Shown here piece by piece: positions 58,960-64,000 of a stretch of DNA of 64,000 nt. Under the pieces are notes generated by a model, which had not been told where the DNA came from, ran no database searches, and saw only the letters and a program-made list of their open reading frames with translations. Positions within the stretch are counted from its first letter, which is position 1; each line of letters opens with the position of its first letter. The position numbers and the translations under genes are program-made. The DNA is from Asterias amurensis. Taxonomy: Eukaryota. Location: positions 7,123,031-7,187,030 of the forward strand of contig NC_092653.1 of the NCBI RefSeq assembly GCF_032118995.1, written 5' to 3'.

Positions 58960-61900
58960 TGTTAGTATCAGACTTGATGGTGTACATGATAGGGTCGTAA
59001 TTCTTGTCGCGGATCTCTCCAAAGTTGCAGCTGGCTTTCCAAGCATCTGGTTTCGCATCAGTGGCTGGAACATTCTCCATCATTTTTCTTGCTACCTCCT
59101 GTTTGAAAACCCCCAGAAGTTTACCCTTTTCCTTTAACAATCCATGGATTGGTGGATTTCTCAATCTCGTTTCGGTGACGATCTGTCCGCCATGACCAAC
59201 ATCATCACAATGACTGCCATCTCTCATATCATCAGCTTCCCTGAGATTTTTATCTCCATTACCAGTAGAGTTCCCTTCTCTATCTTTGTCTTCATCATCC
59301 ATGAGTTTGGCACCAAGGCTTTCGACATCATTGGAGCAATCATCGTACGAATCACTTTCTTCTTCGTCTTGATCTTTCACGCTTAAAACCAAATCTACAG
59401 CGTCAAAGTAACAATCACTATCGACGCTGTCTTTAGCGCTCTTTGAGCTGCTCTTACCCGATGACACAGTACTGTTTATCAAATTTGTCCATGCAAGATT
59501 TTTCTTTGATTTTGTTAATTTCAAGGTTTTCTTTTCTTTTGGTTGTCCTCCTTTGGTGTCTTCCTTTGTTTTTAATTTGGTAAACTTTGTGGATTGCGCC
59601 AAACTAGAAGTGCCTCCTTGCTCTTTATCTTCAGACTTCCCACCGGATGACAGTTGTTTATTCTTCTTTGTTGATTTTCTATCATTCATTAATTCTGCAA
59701 CAACTTCTGTTGCTTCCATTGTCTTTAAGGATCTTCTAAAATCACTCTTCTTCGGTGCATTTTTTATTTCTCCTTTGAGGGCTTTCTCTTGTTTTGCTGT
59801 TTTACTCTTTGTAGATTTTTTCAAACTACTGGCTTTGCCAATGATGCCTAGATCACCTTGATGGTCAGTGCCGACAGCATCTTCACCGGTATTATCAATT
59901 CTTGATTCTCCACAGTTGTCTTCAGAAGTTTTCTCAATGGGACTATTTTGAACATCCACTTGTTTAGTCTTCCTTGCCAGTTTAGTCTTTACCTTTTTAC
60001 TCTCTGTCTGCGTCTCTGTCTTCTCCAACAGTGTTTTGTTTTTCAACTTCTTAAGCGGTCTGCTCTTGTCTGGTTCACCTTCCTTCCTTTTTCTTAAATC
60101 ACAACTGTTTTTAACTTGTTTACTCTTTGGTGAATTTCTTTCTTTCCGTTCTCCTTCTTGGGCATTTGTCTTTGTCAATGTCTTCTTTTTGGATTGTCTC
60201 GGGCTCTCTATCAGTTTACCATTGTCCACTCTTTCATTGCAGTTGTCCAAACTAAGGTTCTTTTCCATGCTTTCTGTCAGGACAGATTTTATCTTGGATT
60301 TGCCCATGTCAGCCATTTCAGGTAGAGTTTTTTGTGTCAACTTTTTATGTGATTTGCTCTTGTACAATAATCCATCGTAATTTCGGGGGTAATCTTGTTC
60401 CCTGTCCGATCTATCTTTGTCTTCATCATCCATGAGTTTGCCACCAAGGCTTTCGACATCATTGGAGCAATCATCGTACGAATCACTTTCTTCTTCGTCT
60501 TGATCTTTCACGCTTAAAACCAAATCTACAGAGTCAAAGTAACAATCACCATCGTCGCTGTCTTTAGCGCTCTTTGAGCTGCTCTTACCCGATGACACAG
60601 TACTGTTCATCAATTTTGTCTTGTACAAAAATCCATCGTAATTTCGGGGGTAATCTTGTTCCCTGTCCGTTCGATCAAGACTCTTTTTGATATTTTTCCT
60701 CTGAGGTGGTTTTCCTTTTTTCAAATGTCCATCTTTGGTTTGTTTGTCTGTCGTTAATAGTGTCACCTTTCCGGACTGTTTCAAAGAGCTTGTTTGACTC
60801 TTATCATCATGACTACCTTCATCTGATGTCATTATTGCATCATCCCCGTTTTCATTTTCGTCATCACCAAGGCCCTCATCACAGCCATTTAAGCTTTGCT
60901 CACTTAAACTCCTTGACTCTCCATGTTGCTCCCCAGATGTCGATTGCTGATGGTTGTTTTTTCCATCTTCTTTTGTGTTCCTCGGTTTTGTCTTTTCCCG
61001 AGTAGAAACCCCTCTGTTTTTTACTGTATCCGCTTCAGACAACAATCCGGTCAGTTTCTGTAGATTTTTCCTCTGAGGTGGTTTTCCTTTTTTCAAAAGT
61101 CCATCTTTGGTTTGTTTGTCTGTCGTTAATTGTGTCACCTTTCTGGACTGTTTCAAAGAGCTGGTTTGACTCTTATCATCATGACTACCTTCATCTGATG
61201 ATGTCATTATTGCATCATCCCCGTTTTCATTTTCGTCATCACCAAGGCCCTCATCACAGCCATTTAAGCTTTGCTCACCTAAACTCCTTGACTCTCCATG
61301 TTGCTCCCCAGACGTCGATTGCTGATGGTCGTTTTTTCCATCTTCTTTAGTGTTCCTCGATTTTGTCTTTTCCCGAGTAGAAACCCCTCTGTTTTTTACT
61401 GTTTCCGCTTCAGACAACAATCCGGTCAGTTTCTGTAGATTTTTCCTCTGAGGTGGTTTTCCTTTTTTCAAAAGTCCATCTTTGGTTTGTTTGTCTGTCG
61501 TTAATTGTGTCACCTTTCCGGACTGTTTCAAAGAGCTGGTTTGACTCTTATCATCATGACTACCTTCATTTGATGATGTCATTATTGCATCATCCCTGTT
61601 TTCATTTTCGTCATCACCAAGGCCCTCATCACAGCCATTTAAGCTTTGCTCACCTAAACTCCTTGACTCTCCATGTTGCTCCCCAGATGTCGATTGCTGA
61701 TGGTCGTTTTTTCCATCTTCTTTAGTGTTCCTCGATTTTGTCTTTTCCCGAGTAGAAACCCCTCTGTTTTTTACTGTTTCCGCTTCAGACAACAATCCGG
61801 TCAGTTTCTGTAGATTTTTCCTCTGAGGTGGTTTTCCTTTTTTCAAAAGTCCATCTTTGGTTTGTTTGTCTGTCGTTAATTGTGTCACCTTTCCGGACTG

Positions 61901-64000
61901 TTTCAAAGAGCTGGTTTGACTCTTATCATCATGACTACCTTCATCTGATGATGTCATTATTGCATCATCCCCGTTTTCATTTTCGTCATCACCAAGGCCC
62001 TCATCACAGCCATTTAAGCTTTGCTCACCTAAACTCCTTGACTCTCCATGTTGCTCCCCAGACGTCGATTGCTGATGGTCGTTTTTTCCATCTTCTTTAG
62101 TGTTCCTCGATTTTGTCTTTTCCCGAGTAGAAACCCCTCTGTTTTTTACTGTTTCCGCTTCAGACAACAATCCGGTCAGTTTCTGTAGATTTTTCCTCTG
62201 AGGTGGTTTTCCTTTTTTCAAAAGTCCATCTTTGGTTTGTTTGTCTGTCGTTAATTGTGTCACCTTTCCGGACTGTTTCAAAGAGCTGGTTTGACTCTTA
62301 TCATCATGACTACCTTCATCTGATGATGTCATTATTGCATCATCCCCGTTTTCATTTTCGTCATCACCAAGGCCCTCATCACAGCCATTTAAGCTTTGCT
62401 CACCTAAACTCCTTGACTCTCCATGTTGCTCCCCAGACGTCGATTGCTGATGGTCGTTTTTTCCATCTTCTTTAGTGTTCCTCGATTTTGTCTTTTCCCG
62501 AGTAGAAACCCCTTTGTTTTTTACTGTTTCCGCTTCAGACAACAATCCGGTCAGTTTCTGTAGATTTTTCCTCTGAGGTGGTTTTCCTTTTTTCAAAAGT
62601 CCATCTTTGGTTTGTTTGTCTGTCGTTAATTGTGTCACCTTTCCGGACTGTTTCAAAGAGCTGGTTTGACTCTTATCATCATGACTACCTTCATCTGATG
62701 ATGTCATTATTGCATCATCCCCGTTTTCATTTTCGTCATCACCAAGGCCCTCATCACAGCCATTTAAGCTTTGCTCACCTAAACTCCTTGACTCTCCATG
62801 TTGCTCCCCAGACGTTGATTGCTGATGGTCGTTTTTTCCATCTTCTTTAGTGTTCCTCGATTTTGTCTTTTCCCGAGTAGAAACCCCTCTGTTTTTTACT
62901 GTTTCCGCTTCAGACAACAATCCGGTCAGTTTCTGTAGATTTTTCCTCTGAGGTGGTTTTCCTTTTTTCAAAAGTCCATCTTTGGTTTGTTTGTCTGTCG
63001 TTAATTGTGTCACCTTTCCGGACTGTTTCAAAGAGCTGGTTTGACTCTTATCATCATGACTACCTTCATTTGATGATGTCATTATTGCATCATCCCTGTT
63101 TTCATTTTCGTCATCACCAAGGCCCTCATCACAGCCATTTAAGCTTTGCTCACCTAAACTCCTTGACTCTCCATGTTGCTCCCCAGATGTCGATTGCTGA
63201 TGGTCGTTTTTTCCATCTTCTTTAGTGTTCCTCGATTTTGTCTTTTCCCGAGTAGAAACCCCTCTGTTTTTTACTGTTTCCGCTTCAGACAACAATCCGG
63301 TCAGTTTCTGTAGATTTTTCCTCTGAGGTGGTTTTCCTTTTTTCAAAAGTCCATCTTTGGTTTGTTTGTCTGTCGTTAATTGTGTCACCTTTCCGGACTG
63401 TTTCAAAGAGCTGGTTTGACTCTTATCATCATGACTACCTTCATTTGATGATGTCATTATTGCATCATCCCTGTTTTCATTTTCGTCATCACCAAGGCCC
63501 TCATCACAGCCATTTAAGCTTTGCTCACCTAAACTCCTTGACTCTCCATGTTGCTCCCCAGATGTCGATTGCTGATGGTCGTTTTTTCCATCTTCTTTAG
63601 TGTTCCTCGATTTTGTCTTTTCCCCAGTAGACACCCCTCTGTTTTTTACTGTTTCCGCTTCAGACAACAATCCGGTCAGTTTCTGTAGATTTTTCGCTTT
63701 TCTCTTCACCAATAGTCCACTGTTGTCTGGATCATATTCCAAACTTTCTGTCCGACTAAGACTCTTCTTTGTTTTTGGTCCCTTCGCTGATTTTCTTCCT
63801 CTCCGTAATCCAGCTTCGGTGACTTCTTTTGACTGTGTTGCTGTTGTAGTTTTTTGGATGATGCTACATTCACCTGAAACTCCTCTATTTTCATCATCTG
63901 TCGAATTCACAATAGTATCATCACTATCTGAGCCACCAATGTCCTCTTCAATGTCCTTGATACCATCTTGCTCAGTTCTGTCAATGTTTGTTTGGCCATC
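58960..64000 (-). CDS. large exon of a tandem-repeat protein gene (5' partial; runs off the window); K/E/D/S/T-rich, predicted disordered
   Basis: Open frame continuous from the window edge (64000) to the donor ACTAACAG|gtaagt at 58959-58954. The supplied track starts the ORF at an internal GTG (63910). It contains 8 tandem 125-aa units, a second duplicated acidic module, and a unique C-proximal segment ...ARKMMENVPATDAKPDAWKASCNFGEIRDKNYDPIMYTIKSDTNS. Plus-strand frames are closed every repeat. Confidence 0.7.
59275..59490 (-). repeat. copy 1 of a second duplicated coding module (acidic DSDDGDCYFDSVDLVLSVKDQDEEESDSYDDCSNDVESLG.KLMDDEDKDR)
   Basis: Near-identical nucleotide copy of 60405-60620. 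There is also a 48-bp duplicate at 60362-60410 and 60618-60665 (YDG.LYK.K motif). Confidence 0.8.
60405..60620 (-). repeat. copy 2 of the second duplicated coding module
   Basis: See 59275-59490. Confidence 0.8.
60690..63705 (-). repeat. 375-bp (125-codon) tandem coding repeat, ~8 copies, >95% identical
   Basis: The unit recurs at 375-nt spacing (+ strand landmarks 61078, 61453, 61828, 62203, 62578, 62953, 63328). Unit peptide KNLQKLTGLLSEAETVKNRGVSTREKTKSRNTKEDGKNDHQQSTSGEQHGESRSLGEQSLNGCDEGLGDDENENRDDAIMTSSNEGSHDDKSQTSSLKQSGKVTQLTTDKQTKDGLLKKGKPPQR. Only a few substitutions separate copies (R/G, N/D, G/R). Confidence 0.9.

Noticed and set aside
61078-63600. Seven to eight identical 90-aa plus-strand ORFs (MVFLFSKVHLWFVCLSLIVSPF...HHQGPHHSHLSF...) recurring every 375 bp
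   Set aside because: They are the antisense strand of the tandem coding repeat. Each closes with a stop inside every unit, whereas the minus-strand frame stays open across all units and connects to unique flanks and a splice donor.
60690-63705. Regular 375-bp repeats could superficially suggest a CRISPR-like or satellite array
   Set aside because: This is a eukaryotic locus with spliceosomal introns. The units are contiguous with no spacers, and they are in-frame coding sequence.
1-64000. Possibility that the window is prokaryotic or phage DNA containing an operon or defence island
   Set aside because: No long contiguous ORFs other than two compositionally biased exons. Pervasive GT-AG introns joining exons with deep homology to metazoan SRCAP and EP400. 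MITE and SINE content and AT-rich introns are typical of an animal genome.

Overview
This window is eukaryotic (metazoan, probably an invertebrate) nuclear DNA, not prokaryotic. Coding sequence is split into many short exons with canonical AG|...|GT boundaries and consistent codon phase, and the introns are crowded with MITE, SINE and foldback repeats. Two protein-coding genes on the minus strand dominate. (1) A ~45-kb Domino-type chromatin-remodelling ATPase gene, the single-copy counterpart of vertebrate SRCAP and EP400, running from a promoter at about 52.0-52.3 kb through at least 33 coding exons to 6774. Its N-terminus and HSA domain are EP400-like. Its split SNF2 ATPase is SRCAP-like, with a Q-rich exon between the lobes. 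It ends in a 4-kb exon with a C-terminal AT-hook (KRGRGRPRK). Two further phase-compatible exons downstream of that stop (1882-2032 and 415-680, the second SANT-like) suggest an alternative EP400/Dom-A-like C-terminus. (2) A partial gene (57216 to beyond 64000) whose large exon consists of at least 8 near-identical 375-bp (125-aa) tandem coding repeats plus a second nested duplication. It encodes a K/E/D/S-rich protein with a short unrecognised C-terminal region and splices to a small terminal exon at 57216-57327. No rRNA, CRISPR array or operon structure is present. Several short tRNA-like SINE fragments are noted. Most ORFs in the supplied track are antisense, repeat-derived or intronic noise. 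The track also treats GTG and TTG as starts, so its 5' ORF ends are unreliable. All exon coordinates were derived by hand from splice motifs and frame continuity and need RNA-seq confirmation.
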